Source: Carcharhinus amblyrhynchos
Lineage: Eukaryota
DNA length: 64,000 bases
NCBI GenBank assembly: GCA_965287045.1
Contig: OZ336880.1
Coordinates: 74,834,001-74,898,000 of the forward strand
Direction of reading: 5' to 3'
Of the stretch, positions 36,750 to 48,472 are shown piece by piece; within the stretch, counting starts at the first letter, position 1; every line of letters starts with the position of its first letter. Both the position numbers and the translations under genes were made by a program. The notes under the pieces were generated by a model. The model made no database searches and was not told the origin of the DNA. It saw nothing but the letters and a program-made list of their open reading frames with translations.

Positions 36750-36849
36750 GGCAGGCCGGAAATTCCCACCCGAGGTCAGTGGAGATTTCTGCTGTCCAAC
36801 CCTCAACCATGTCGATTCCATGGCAGGTGAGATGATAGGGTTCCAGCCA
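36750..36849. mobile_element. Short Harbinger-like MITE
   Basis: ccggaaattcccacccgaggtcagtgga; inverse-similar to 23346-23471. Confidence 0.55.
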
Positions 36850-37035
36850 TTAGAACAGACTTTTTCATGGACGAATAGTCCATCAACTCAGTGTATTCCT
36901 CCTTCTAAGCAGGTGTTAACCATTTAGTTTGAATGTGCTAACTTGTGTAAAAATAGTGCATATAAAATTGTAAATATTCATGATTAAAACTTTGCTCCTT
37001 GGAATTTCTAGCCCATTTTTTCTTCTTCTACATAG

Positions 37036-37230
37036 GCCTATAGCCCATGGCCTGAATCCTGATGAGGAGTGTGCACCGCACATGTGCATTGAGATAATAC
37101 AGAAGTCTAGGTACACGGACACGTGAGCTAAAAGCATGTCAGGTTTAAACCTTTGGTTCTTTGAAGCTGTCGAGATTGAAGGACTGCATTGAATTGTCTC
37201 CCTAACTTTGCATACTTGTCCCGATGATAG
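37036..37230 (+). other. Candidate spliced exon (non-coding or 5'UTR, 195 nt)
   Basis: Acceptor ttttttcttcttctacatag| and donor TAG|gtgagt in unique sequence; stops in all three frames; ATG 7 nt before the donor. Confidence 0.55.
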
Positions 37231-38744
37231 GTGAGTATTTACACTTCTTTATTTGCATGTCTTTTCTCTGCTTTAGCTGCAGCGAGTAGAGGCTTTGGGG
37301 GGGGGGTGGGGGTTAATTATTTTTCAAGTGTGCCTCAAAGATGTTTAAAATATATATAATGCACAGAATGTGAAAGAAAGGTTTAAAAATGTATTTTGTC
37401 ATGACAAAATGTTAATTCCAATGAGTAGTATGTTCGTTTATCACAAAGTGGATTTCTGGTGTCTGTAATAAGTTTCAGCTAAAGTCCATTTGGATTTTAA
37501 GCAGTGTTGTTTATCCCAATTTTAAGAGCCTCCCTGATGCAATGTTGATCCTTAGAAGCTTCTTAAGATATAGGGTGAAATGAGTTCCACATTTACAGTG
37601 AAAAATATGCAGATTGGCTATTTTAAATGCTTTAGGGAAGTGTATTCCTTAAGATGACATTCACACATCTCCTGTAAGCTGATATGAACTCTCTCTCTGA
37701 CAGGTATTGTAGAATCTAGTGCAGATTGAAAATCTGGAGTAATTTTTCCCACCATCACTGGTCCTTTTAGCTTGGCTTCTAATCACTGACGTTCTTTTGA
37801 GGTTTGGACACAGACGCAAACATTATGAGAGAAGAGTCAGGCTGCATTTAAAATGTACAATTAATATGTCCAAACCCTACCTTCCTCCCTCCCTCTCCCA
37901 CTCCCATCCCCTCCCCCCTTTCCCTATCCACAGAGGGAACAGAACCATTGGGTTAAAGTAAACAATTTTTTTGGTCATTATGTTAAAGAGAAAAATATAC
38001 ACTTTATTGCGAGAAATTTGAAAAAAGAGACAATTAAATAAAATGTCATCATACAGCTGCTAAAGTAAGACGTTTAGTTTAAAGTTAACATGGTATCAGA
38101 GTTTTATATTTATAGCTTTTATTTTGTTAATAAATGTTTTCCGCTATACATTGCGAAATTCTACAAATGCTTTATTGGAACATCAAAACACAACAGTGAA
38201 ATATGAGATAATCATAAATGAAGTAAACAAGGCAGAAGAATACTAATGATAAACACATGGTGGTTTAGATTTTCCATGGCCCAAAATGTGAACTCTCCTT
38301 TGCTCAACCTCATGCAATAAGGTATCCAAATCATGGTCTGCCAAGTTCTGACCTCTCTTCTCAAGTATATTTTCAGTTTACAAATTCATGTTGTAAATAG
38401 GATAGATTAAACAGAAGGGGGTGCAACTTTGTACCTTCTGCTCTACATTCCAGGGGTCTGTTTATATTTATTGGATAGATATGAAATAATATTTTCCATT
38501 TTTGATAGTGATTTATTCATGAAATAGTCAATGAAATCATCTTATGCTTTTAGCGGTAATTATAATGCAACTGCTTTACTCCCTCATACTCATGGGAGCA
38601 GTCATGTGTATTCCTGCCAATATGTATCTTATGAAATGTTTGTTTTTAAAAAAAATCTTTCATTTTTTTTGAACAATTGATAACATTAAGCTGTTCAACT
38701 CACAATTGTCATACTGGTTGTTGGGATACATAAAATGGACTGTA

Positions 38745-39128
38745 AAAGCTTCCACATGCATGTAAAAAGAAAGCATTTGGCTAAAACCAATGTGGGTCCA
38801 TTACAGGTAGAGTCTGGAGAATTCATAATGGGGAATCGAGAAATGGCAGAAAAGCCAAATGATTACTTTCACTAAGGAAAATTGAGGAAATCTCCTAGAT
38901 GTGGAGATCCAAGCGTGTAGGGAGAATGTGGAGTTCAAAGAAATTAGTGTAACTTGAAGGTTGTATTGGATTAATGGGACTGAAAGTTCTCCGGATCTGA
39001 TATTATGCATCTCAGGAAGTGTGTTGAAAGAGGTTGCTATAGAGATAGTAGATATATTGGTGATGATCCAAAATTCTATAGACTCTGGAATAATTGATGA
39101 AGATGGGAGGTAGAAAATGTCACCTCAC
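38745..39128 (+). mobile_element. CR1-clade LINE internal ORF2 fragment
   Basis: ctaaaaccaatgtgggtccatta...gaaatggcaga...ccggatctga...gattggagggta-like gatgggaggtagaaaatgtcac. Confidence 0.75.
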
Positions 39129-39381
39129 TGGCTGCTGTAAAGCAGATGGATTTAAAGAGCCTAGTGAACCTCACAGGTCTGGGGGTAGGTGAGTGAATAA
39201 GATTTGGCAGGTCAGGGAGTGGGGAGAGGCTGGGGAGCGGGAAGTTTTGGGTCCACTTGTCAGGGTGAGATGGGGTAACAGGTCCACTTGAAGGAAGCAG
39301 GGGATTGTGAGGGGATGGCTTTGGGTCTGTTCGTGGAGGTTGAGGACATGGAGTTCGCATAGTGCGGGGAGGAAAGAATCT

Positions 39382-40030
39382 CGGGTCTGTTCCGATGTTG
39401 ATATCCAGGTTTGCTCTGGAGATGTCGGGTCCAGTTCAACTCTGGAGATGTCAGGGTCTGGATCCACTCTGGAGATGTTGGTGTCCGGGTCTGCTCTGCA
39501 GATGTTCTCTGGGTTTGCTCCGGAGAAATCGAGGCCTGGGTCTGCTCCAGCGATGTTGGGGTCTGAGTCCATTCCAGAGATATCGTGGTCCAGATCTGCT
39601 CCAGAGATGTTGGGTTCAGATCCACTCTGGAGTTGTAGGGGTCCGGGCAGTTCTGGGGATGTCAGGGTCCTTACAATCCCTACAGTGCAGAAGAGGGCTC
39701 ATCAAGTCTGCACTGACTTTCTGACAGAGCATCTTACCTAGGCTTTCTCCCCCTCCCCTATTCCTGTAATCCCACACATTTACCGTCGCTAATCCACCTT
39801 TGGATCTTCTACACATCTTTGGATTGTGGGAGGAAACTGAAGCAAACAAAGGAAATTCATGCAGACCCAGGTAGAACGTCCAAAGTCCACAACATCACCA
39901 AAAGCCAGAATTGAACCCAGGTCCCTGATGCTGGAGACAGCAGTGCTAACCATTGTGCCGCTGTGCTGCTGGATCCAGATCTACTCTGAAGATGTTGAGG
40001 TCTGGGTCTGCTCCAGGATTGGGGTTTCAG
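39382..40030 (+). repeat. Degenerate ~27-bp minisatellite split by a SINE
   Basis: Unit about gggtctgctc(c/t)(a/g)gagatgttggggtc(c/t); about 11 copies in 39382-39670 and about 2 more after 39970. Confidence 0.85.
39672..39968 (-). mobile_element. HE1/V-SINE, tail A
   Basis: Reverse copy inside the minisatellite. Confidence 0.85.
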
Positions 40031-41639
40031 ATTGGGGGAAGGGGAGCTTAGTATTGAGCCCATGGATTGGATGGGAGGTGTTCAAATCTGTGTGACTAGT
40101 TTTCATTGATTGTAGTAATCCCTTGGTGGGGGTGTGTGGTGGAGGAGATGGCTTTGGGGAAGGTTGGGAATACCTGTGTGTTGATTAGTTGAGGGTTGGA
40201 AATCCAGAGTGTTTGCAGTATCTGATGCAGTGCTCTGTCTGGGTTTTTTAAATAGTTATGCTGAGGTTAGAAGTAGTTTTATTTCTTCTATTTCAGAATA
40301 ACAAATCAGCAATACACAGCAAGGACCATCCAAAATCAGCAATTTAAATCACTTTGTCAGACGGTTTCCAGCCTAGTACAATTGTCCTGGGAGGAGTTAG
40401 GACTTCTGGACAATGGCCAGGTTAATCCTTACCTGGGAATTTCTGAGAGGGATTCCCCAGCACATCCCAGGGCTACCCCCTGACACTGAGGAGCCAGGAA
40501 ATTACAGGCCTTCAGTGTCATATCAAAATCTTCCCCATATTAGTTAAATACACGCACTGCCCTGAATAAACAATTACAGTTATTGAACAAGGTTCCAATT
40601 TGTTGCACCAACTCTGCATTTCCAAGTTGATTCAACAGAAGCCAAAAGCTTCCTTTCTGCCCCTCCTTGAACTTTTTTTGCTACCTTCTTCGATTTTTGC
40701 TCATGCTTGCCGTATCAAGTTTAGGAAGTTTTCCACCACACACAATGATTTCACACACACAACCCCATTTATCTGGAAAGTTCGTTCACATTAGTCATAC
40801 CCCTGAGATGACAGTAAAACTATTGGCCAAATGGCGTTGGCAATAAGTATTGAATTATCCCAATTTCAAACATGAATATATTTATATATATATACTTATG
40901 TAATATTGAGTTAGGCCTGCCACATAACCCACTCAGGTCATATCAGCCCTCATTTTGTTTCCCTGGTTTGGATCCAATGCAGAATATGTTTAAGTAGGAA
41001 AATTAAAATTTATGAATGCACAGAACTAAACAATACATTGGGTCATCTCTATATACAACAACAGATCAGCTTTTAAATCAAATAAAGCACATTGGCACAG
41101 GGGTTCAGTTTAAAATACATTTCCAGCTATTTATCTGTGAATGTCCACACTATTTTCTGATATGCATTGTTGCAAAGTAAGAATGAAAAATAAAATGACA
41201 TGACTGAGAGAAAGAGATTCAAGTTAATGGAGGTGTTGATAAACGAAAGCAAGACCAGAAGTGAAATCTCTTATTGTTAAATTTCCGAGTACTGAGGTGT
41301 CCCCTCAATACCTACTGCACAGCCAGGTATCAAGGCACACACATCTTTTATTCAGTCCACTTGCTCCACACTCTGAATGTTAATGTTCACTCCAGGTATT
41401 TTCCAACCAGTTCACCCCACACCCCAGGTCACATGGCTCATCCCCATAAAGGGGCTATGTCCCAACATACATTACATCTATTATGCCTGACATTTGTTCT
41501 GACCAGGACTTGATGATAGATCATTGATCCGGTCAGTTCCCAGGCAGCTTATACTAGGTGGGCTAGTGTCATACAATGGGCAAGGGAATGGGAAAGCACC
41601 TGTACCAAGCAGAATCAATGCCTACACCTTCTCCATCAA

Positions 41640-42037
41640 GAGCACATTTTCCCCTTTACCCTGCTCTACTAATCTCTTGAACCTGGCTCCTCACCTGCCT
41701 CTCATGCCCCTTGTCATTACCTTGGCAACCAAGGCCCACCAATAGCCCAAACCTGCCTTCAGTCCGGCCTCAATTACATCCTCTTCTTTGGAGACTGGTT
41801 ATACTCACAGCAGTGGCCACTCCTCAAACCTGGCACTCTTTGGACTACAGAGCTGCTGGCAACTCTCTGATGAGACTGCCTCCTCAGATGGGAGTGGAAG
41901 TTTTGCCCTGAGCCACTTAATACCCGCTGAGTGAAAATGGCTGTGGGGCAGCAACTATTTCATGGGTGGGCTCCAGTCCAACATTTAGTTGGGGAGGTGA
42001 GGCAACTAAGTACACAGGGCCCTGTAAAATTCAGACC
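41640..42037. mobile_element. Decayed Harbinger-like MITE
   Basis: Ends cctgtaaaattcagacc; gccacttaa motif. Confidence 0.5.
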
Positions 42038-42130
42038 ATTAACTTTGTTTCTCTCCCCACAGATGCTGCCTGGCCTGCTGAGTATTTCTCAGAATCTTTC
42101 TTTGCTTTTTAGATTTCCAGCATCTGAATT
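42038..42130 (+). mobile_element. Penelope-like fragment (P2)
   Basis: ttaactttgtttctctccccacagatgctgcctggcctgctgagtattt...agatttccagcatctg. Confidence 0.7.
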
Positions 42131-43659
42131 GTTTGAGAATAACCAAGAGCTTCGATGATCAAAAGACAAGATTGGAAATTGGGACAGAATACAAAACCTA
42201 CTGTCCCATCTCCAATTATTCCCAAAGTGGTACAAGTGGCATCCTGTGAATACCATATGTAATTGGGTGATATATGTAAAAGGAAGGGTTTATATTGGAG
42301 TTCAAATGTGTAACAAATTGCAATGAAAAGATAATTGAAGCAAGTCAAAGGAAATGTACTTTTTGATGTTTCGTAAATATTAAAGCAAGCATTATTGATT
42401 CTCTCAAGGTGGATATAAAAGATCTCACTTGAAGGAGAGCAAGAGAAATTTCCTGCTGTCCTGGTCAATGTAGATCCCTGAACTAACATGATGGTCATTG
42501 CTTTCATTATCATTTGTGAACGTTTGCTTGAGGCAGATTGACTCCTGTATTAACTCAATACAGCAGTGACTATGATTCATAAAAAAAATACAGTTCTTGG
42601 ACTGTGAAACAGTTGGGTAAATCCTGAAATCATGCAAGATGTTATCTCAAATTTAATTCTGCCTTCTTTCCCAGTAAAGTTAGCTTACCAGTTAATGAAG
42701 TACTTTTTTTTAAAAAGTAAGTTTCTTTTGTTGGCAACCATCATTATGCCGTCCATGTGTTTAACAACTTGTTAATTATATAGGAGAATTTTGTTTGTAA
42801 ATCCTTCAATATTGCTTCAAAATCATATGTAACAGCAAATAAATGGCAATTATTTTTTCCTAATGTTAATTCATTTCAGTAACGAAATCACATTAGATAG
42901 ATTTTTGGTATAAATTACTGCAATTTCCTTGCCAAAATTATAAATGTATGTTAATATATTAATATAATAACTGAAGCTTTGCATAACTTATTCACTGTGC
43001 AGTGCCGAGCCCCTCCACTTTCTTTGCTTGCTACCATGTGTTGACTCCTTAGCGATTGCTGAAACTCAGCCCACTTCAAACAACAAAGAGTTAAAAGGAA
43101 CAGGTTTTGTAAGGTTATCAGAGAAGCATTAATGATATGATGTATGCTGTTACAGATTTAAGCAGCAAGGTACCGCAGGATTTTTCACACGAGATGTCAC
43201 AGCTTGTATGTGCTAAAATAACACACACCTTCAGCTTCATTACCATCGTGAAGAGATTACACCTACATCGGTGCTGCACCTCAGCCAATTTACTGATTTG
43301 AATTGAATTGAAAAATAAGAGTTTAAATTACCAAGCTGAGGTGCTGAGAACGACACAGAAAACACTCCCACAACAAATACAATTCTACCTGCACCAGATA
43401 TCTGGAATGAAACACAGGAAGATAAACGTAATTGTTGGTGGCAAGCTGTAGGATGGGGAATTGCTTGCAATCAGTTAGTTATATTACTTCCCAAAGTCAG
43501 GTGCTGAATTATCTTTGTGTACAACAAGGTCTGTACTTTATGCATATCACAAGCTCTTGCAGTACAATACTGAAATAAATACAGAACACTGCATGCATTA
43601 CAATTGGTATCCAAGTTCATGTAGCACCATTGTCTCTTCTAAGTTACAAAATCAATGCA

Positions 43660-43785
43660 TCAAATAAGTTGCTGTAGGCAAATTGGCTGCAGTAGTTTAT
43701 GCATAACAGCATTCAAAACTACTCTTTTGCTGTAAAGCACCTTGAGTTGCCTTAAGATCATGAATGGTGCTTTGTCAATGCAAGA
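43660..43785 (+). mobile_element. Deu-domain SINE 3' fragment
   Basis: gcaaattggctgc...gctgtaaagcaccttg...aatgcaag. Confidence 0.55.
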
Positions 43786-44095
43786 TCCCAGAACCAGAGG
43801 TCACAGTCTAAGGATTCGGTTAGGCCATTTAGAATGGAGATGAGGAGATATTTCTTCACCCAAAGAGCGGTGAGCCTGTGGAGTTCATTACCACAGGAAG
43901 TAGTTAGTGCCAAAACACTGAATGCATTCAAAAGATGGCTAGATATAGCACTTGGGGCGAATGGGATTAAAAGTTATGGGGAGAAAGCAGGATTAGGCTA
44001 TGAGCTGGATGCTCAGCCATGATCATAATGAAGGGCAGAAGCAGGCTCAAAGGGCCAAATGGCCTCCTCCTGCTTCTAGCTTCTATGTTTCTGTG
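43786..44095 (+). mobile_element. CR1-clade LINE 3' fragment
   Basis: EMRRYFFTQRAVSLWSSLPQEVVSAKTLNAFKRWLD peptide and CR1 tail. Confidence 0.9.
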
Positions 44096-44276
44096 TCTTC
44101 CTTTTCTTTTAAATCTCACCACTCCTAAAGCATTACATGGATTTAAATCCAGGAGAGCACATAAATAACAAATAACCTTTGGTCTTGAATGAAATGCAGA
44201 AAATTCCTTTAATACTCATTATTACAGACAGAGTTTAACCAATATCATTTTTCACTTGACTGAGAGGATGGGGATT

Positions 44277-44629
44277 TTTTTTAATTCCTTCGTGGGACAT
44301 GGGCTTTGTTGGTTGGCCAGCATTTATTAGCCATCCCTAGTTGCCCAAGAGCAGTTGAGAGTCGACCGCATTGCTGTGGCTCTGGAGTCACATGTAAACA
44401 GGACAAGGGAAAGACAGCAGATTTCCTTCCCTAAAGGACATTCGTGAACCAGATAGTTTTTTTTCTGACAATCGACAGTGGTCTCATGGTCATCAATAGA
44501 CTCTTCATTCCAGATTTTCTTTTATTGAATTCAAATTCCACCATCTGATTTGAACTCTGGTCCCCAGGACATTAGCTGAGTTCCTGGATTAATCGTCTAA
44601 CAATAATACCACTCGGCCATCGCCTCCCC
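44277..44629 (-). mobile_element. tRNA-derived SINE (family B)
   Basis: Full reverse copy with head ggggaggcgatggccgagtggtattattg. Confidence 0.85.
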
Positions 44630-44733
44630 AGTGTATTTATTCTGTCTCAATGTTTATCATGCAGTGGGATAATGGCACATTGTTATGCTACTGGATATGT
44701 ATTCTTAAAGCTTGCATTGACAATCCAGAGTGT

Positions 44734-45180
44734 GGGCTGGGTTTAATAGAGGTGAAGAGGGGACACTGTTGACTGGAGAACTGGCAAGATCAATGGCAAT
44801 AACGTGTCTGACTGCTGGAAATGGTGTCTTTTAGGGAGGGCTTGCCACATCGTGTGCTACTCAGGTGCTTAACTGGACAGTGTTTGGCTTCCCTCAGGAT
44901 AAAAGACTTTAGGGACAGTAGTGTCACCCTCTCATGGCCGTCAGCCAATAAAAAGCCAGCAGCGCCTTTGAACGTGAGGCCGTGTCTGCTGCCAGCATGA
45001 CACCCAAACCAAGGACCAAGATCATCATGGACCCAAAGGCTGGGTGAATACCAGCAGTGGTGGGATGGAGCCCGGGGGTCTTAACTACCAACTTAAGAGC
45101 TTTATTAAGGGTATCAATGGCAACCGGGCAAGTCATTCAGCAGCTTCCCATCATGGACAATTAGAGTGTAGACAGGAAGG
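44734..45180. mobile_element. Truncated Harbinger-like MITE
   Basis: Starts gggctgggttt; GC-rich interior with acttaa motifs; breaks at a 40-bp insert. Confidence 0.45.
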
Positions 45181-45257
45181 CAAATAAGTGGCAATTATTT
45201 TTCCTAATGTTAATTCATTCCATATGGGACTAAGTCCTGTGGCGGGACGGAAGGGGG

Positions 45258-46132
45258 AATATTTTCCACTGTGGGGGCCTGTGGGAAACCACACCATATC
45301 TTTTAATCCCAACCTTATTAATTATGCACCCAGGGGCTTTGCACAATATTCCACAGTGGGGTGGGCATGTTACAATGCATCTCACCATCATATCTGGCTG
45401 CCATATTGAAAAGGTGCCCGACATCACTGACCCACCATTGAAGAAAGAAGCTGGATCTCTTGAAAAAAAGACGGATCTTCAAGAACACTCTGAGGCTGGA
45501 AGACAGACCTACTCGATGATAGAGAACGCAGAAGATTTACCTACAGATGCTCCTCCCACCCACTGCTGCAGTATTCCAGGGTGCAGGATAACTGACACCT
45601 CCATCCTGAACGCTGGAGACAGCCCAAGGTGTCAGGGAGAAATAGGTGTGGATGGAAGATTCTGGTTGAGTCTTCACCTTCATCCTATTCACAGGATGTA
45701 AATCAGTTTCACGTCAGTTTCACAAGCACCTTCCTGATCTACTATGATGAGCAGCAATGGGAGATCCCATGGGAAATTCACTTTAACCTTATTTTCAACC
45801 AGGCCTGCCATTGAGTCAGTAACAGGGCCTCGAGAGAATTCCACCCATAATGTGTAATATTGTGTCCAGTTGCTGTTATACATATGCTGTGCACATTGGG
45901 TGAGTAGGCACAGGCCTACTTCTTCTTTTCAAGAGACCCAGCTTCTTTCTTCAATGGTGGGTCAGTGATATTAGACACCTTTTCAATATAGCAGCCAGAT
46001 ATGATGGTGAGATGCATTGTAACATGTCCCCCCTCCATGGAATATTGCGCAAAGCCCCTGGGTGCATAATTAATAAGGTCAGGGTCAAAAGATATGGCGT
46101 GGTTTCCCACAGGCCTCCACAATGGAAGTATT
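45258..46132. repeat. Long inverted repeat: arms 45258-45471 and 45921-46132, spacer ~450 bp
   Basis: Arms are reverse complements at roughly 85-90% identity by eye; the ORF track shows near-identical peptides on opposite strands (PVGNH.ISF.P.LINYAPRGFAQYS). Confidence 0.95.
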
Positions 46133-47719
46133 ACTGTTACAAACCACCTTGTCTGACAAAGGTCCACCATTTCCAGCAGCCATTACTGCCATTGATCCGG
46201 ATTTTGCAGCAACATACAAACAAAACCTCTTGAGACCAGATTTACCCAGGGCAGTCCTACTTTATGGAAAAATGAATAATTATAATTTGGTAAATTTTCA
46301 CAATGAATTCTAAATTTTAAAGTTTTACAGCTCGGGTACAATGTTTTTGCCCATAAAATAATTGTGATCTAAATTGATATAGAAAACACAATTTCATTAA
46401 ATTAATGTATTAAGAACCTTCTGATATCGTCTTAAAATTGTATTGCAACAGGGCAGGAAGTCAAAGTTTTATATGAGTGACTTATCCAAAAGCACAGAAG
46501 ATGACTGATTGCTGTGTGGTTAATTCTTCGTCAGTAACATGGGTTGGTCTTTTGGGATTGGGCTTTGCAGGAAGACATCTGGACAACAACAAAATAGGCC
46601 TTTGAATCTTTCTTAAGTAATCCCTGCAGCTCCATCTGTACCAAGGCCCAATTCTTACGACAGACTCCCTTTCCCTTCAAAACACCTTCCACATAATATT
46701 AGTTTCCCTCTCAAATGTCACACCACCTGGGCTTTACATCTGTCAAACTGCAATGGGAGCTGGCTGGGACAGGCCCCAGCTTGCTTGTCAGAAGATACTG
46801 TCACTAAAAATAAGGCTACTGAAGTCACAAACGTTTCAAGAGGAGCAGGGTTATGAGAAGGCCGCGTGGTGTGGAGGGAACGGGGTTCTGAAATTATGGA
46901 AAACAAGAAAGAACGATTTTTCATTTCTCTGAAATGCAAATTAAATACAAATGCTGGACTTAAAGTGCATTCAGCAACATCTGAGAATCAAAGAACTGTA
47001 TACAGTACTTGAACTTCCTGAATTTAGGAATATTGCCAATATATAAGCATTCCTCAGAGCTGGGCAGACTGTTGCTGGTTAGGTCTTGAACAATGCACAC
47101 TGTAATCTTTTAGCTACATTTGTGACATCAGTGAAGCATTAACAAACACCGCCAAATGCTGCAAGCAAACAAGGAAAATCAGCATTCGAATGACGAGCGT
47201 TCAATAGTACTCCTGTAAGACAAATTAGAATTAGCTCTGATATTTAAGCTGCTCCTTCCAATACAATAACAATTCTATGAAAGATCGGTTCCAGTTGATA
47301 GGTTAGACACGTTTTTTTTTATAAGTCAGAAACCCATGGTCGCCGTTAACAACCCACATTTGTTGTCACTGAATTTTTATGCAGTTGGCCGTTTTACTCT
47401 CTTGAACAATTCACACAGAATAATAATAACAACCTACTGAATAGATATTTGGTACATTAACTTTTATTCTTAACATCTTTAGTAAACCAAAAGGGCTCTT
47501 CTTATGGCAATGGTGCACACGAGTACGTTGTAGCCGCATCACCAAATAACTGAAGCATGGAATCACTGCATTATTCCACAATCGGTTACATATAGCAAGG
47601 CTGTTATCTTTTTTTTCTTAAGGATTTCACAAGATCGCAAGACAAACGCAGCCCATTCTAGCTCTTCTGTGAAAAGAAATCCTCGCATCCCTGTCACAGA
47701 ATTAGAGCTAGGCTGTACC

Positions 47720-48190
47720 AGGGTGATGTTGGGCAGCACTTCTTCACACAAAGGGTAGAGGATATTTGGAACTCTCCCCAAAAAAGCAGTTCAGCCTAGG
47801 AACTTGACAATTTGAAGACAGAGATTGATAGGTTTTTCTTAGACACTGGTATTAAGGGTAATGTAACTGACACAGGTCTTTCAGTTAAGATACAGTTAGC
47901 CACGATCCAACTGAATGAACATTGGAGTAAAGCGACATAGCAATGGGCCATTCAGTCCCTCGAGCCTGCTCTGCTACTTAACTAGATCACAGTTGATCTT
48001 TTACCTCAAGGTCATCTTCCCACACTCTTCCCACATCCCTTAATGTCATTACTGGTATCTCGGAATCTATCAACCTCTGCTTTGAACATCCTCAATAATG
48101 AGCCGTCACAGCCCTCTGGAATAGAGAATTTCAGTGATCTACCAGTCGCTGAGTGAAGAAATGGCCTCCATCTTATTTTGAAACTGGCAG
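47720..48190. mobile_element. Two oppositely oriented CR1 3' fragments
   Basis: Plus fragment 47720-47920 (its tail resumes at ~48480-48525); minus fragment 47925-48190. Confidence 0.8.
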
Positions 48191-48472
48191 CCATGATGTG
48201 GAGATGCCAGCATTAGACTAGGGTGGGCACAAGTAAGAAGTCTCAAAACACCAGGTTAAAGTCCAGCAGGCGATACCAAATAAACCTCCTGGACTTTAAC
48301 CTGGTGTTGTGGGACTTCTTACTGTGCCCACCCCTGTCCAACGCTGGCATCTCCACACCATGGCTACCACCGACTCACAAACTGTCGGCTTAAAGTGGAG
48401 AGGATCCCCAAGGAGATTGCACATATCGATGTGATACCAAATAAAACTGTTGAACTTTAACCTGGTGTTATG
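48190..48472. mobile_element. Penelope-like element (P1): fold-back terminal repeats plus ORF start
   Basis: Inverted arms ~48190-48271 and ~48284-48365, then atggctaccaccgac...cttaaagtggagaggatc (MATTD / LKVERI), then a direct repeat gataccaaataaa...tttaacctggtgtt. Confidence 0.85.

Larger units (their letters stand above)
39129..40510. mobile_element. Composite GC-rich non-autonomous element hosting a minisatellite and a SINE
   Basis: Ends ggaaattacaggcc (TIR-like); contains the 27-bp array and the HE1 insertion. Confidence 0.45.

Noticed and set aside
37059-37090. CTGATGA followed by a gtgtgc/gcacat hairpin
   Set aside because: No GAAA box after the hairpin.
39382-39670. Possible CRISPR-like array
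   Set aside because: Units are contiguous and degenerate with no unique spacers, no cas genes, and the context is vertebrate.
39171-39741. Long overlapping repetitive ORFs on both strands
   Set aside because: By-product of the 27-bp GC-rich minisatellite.
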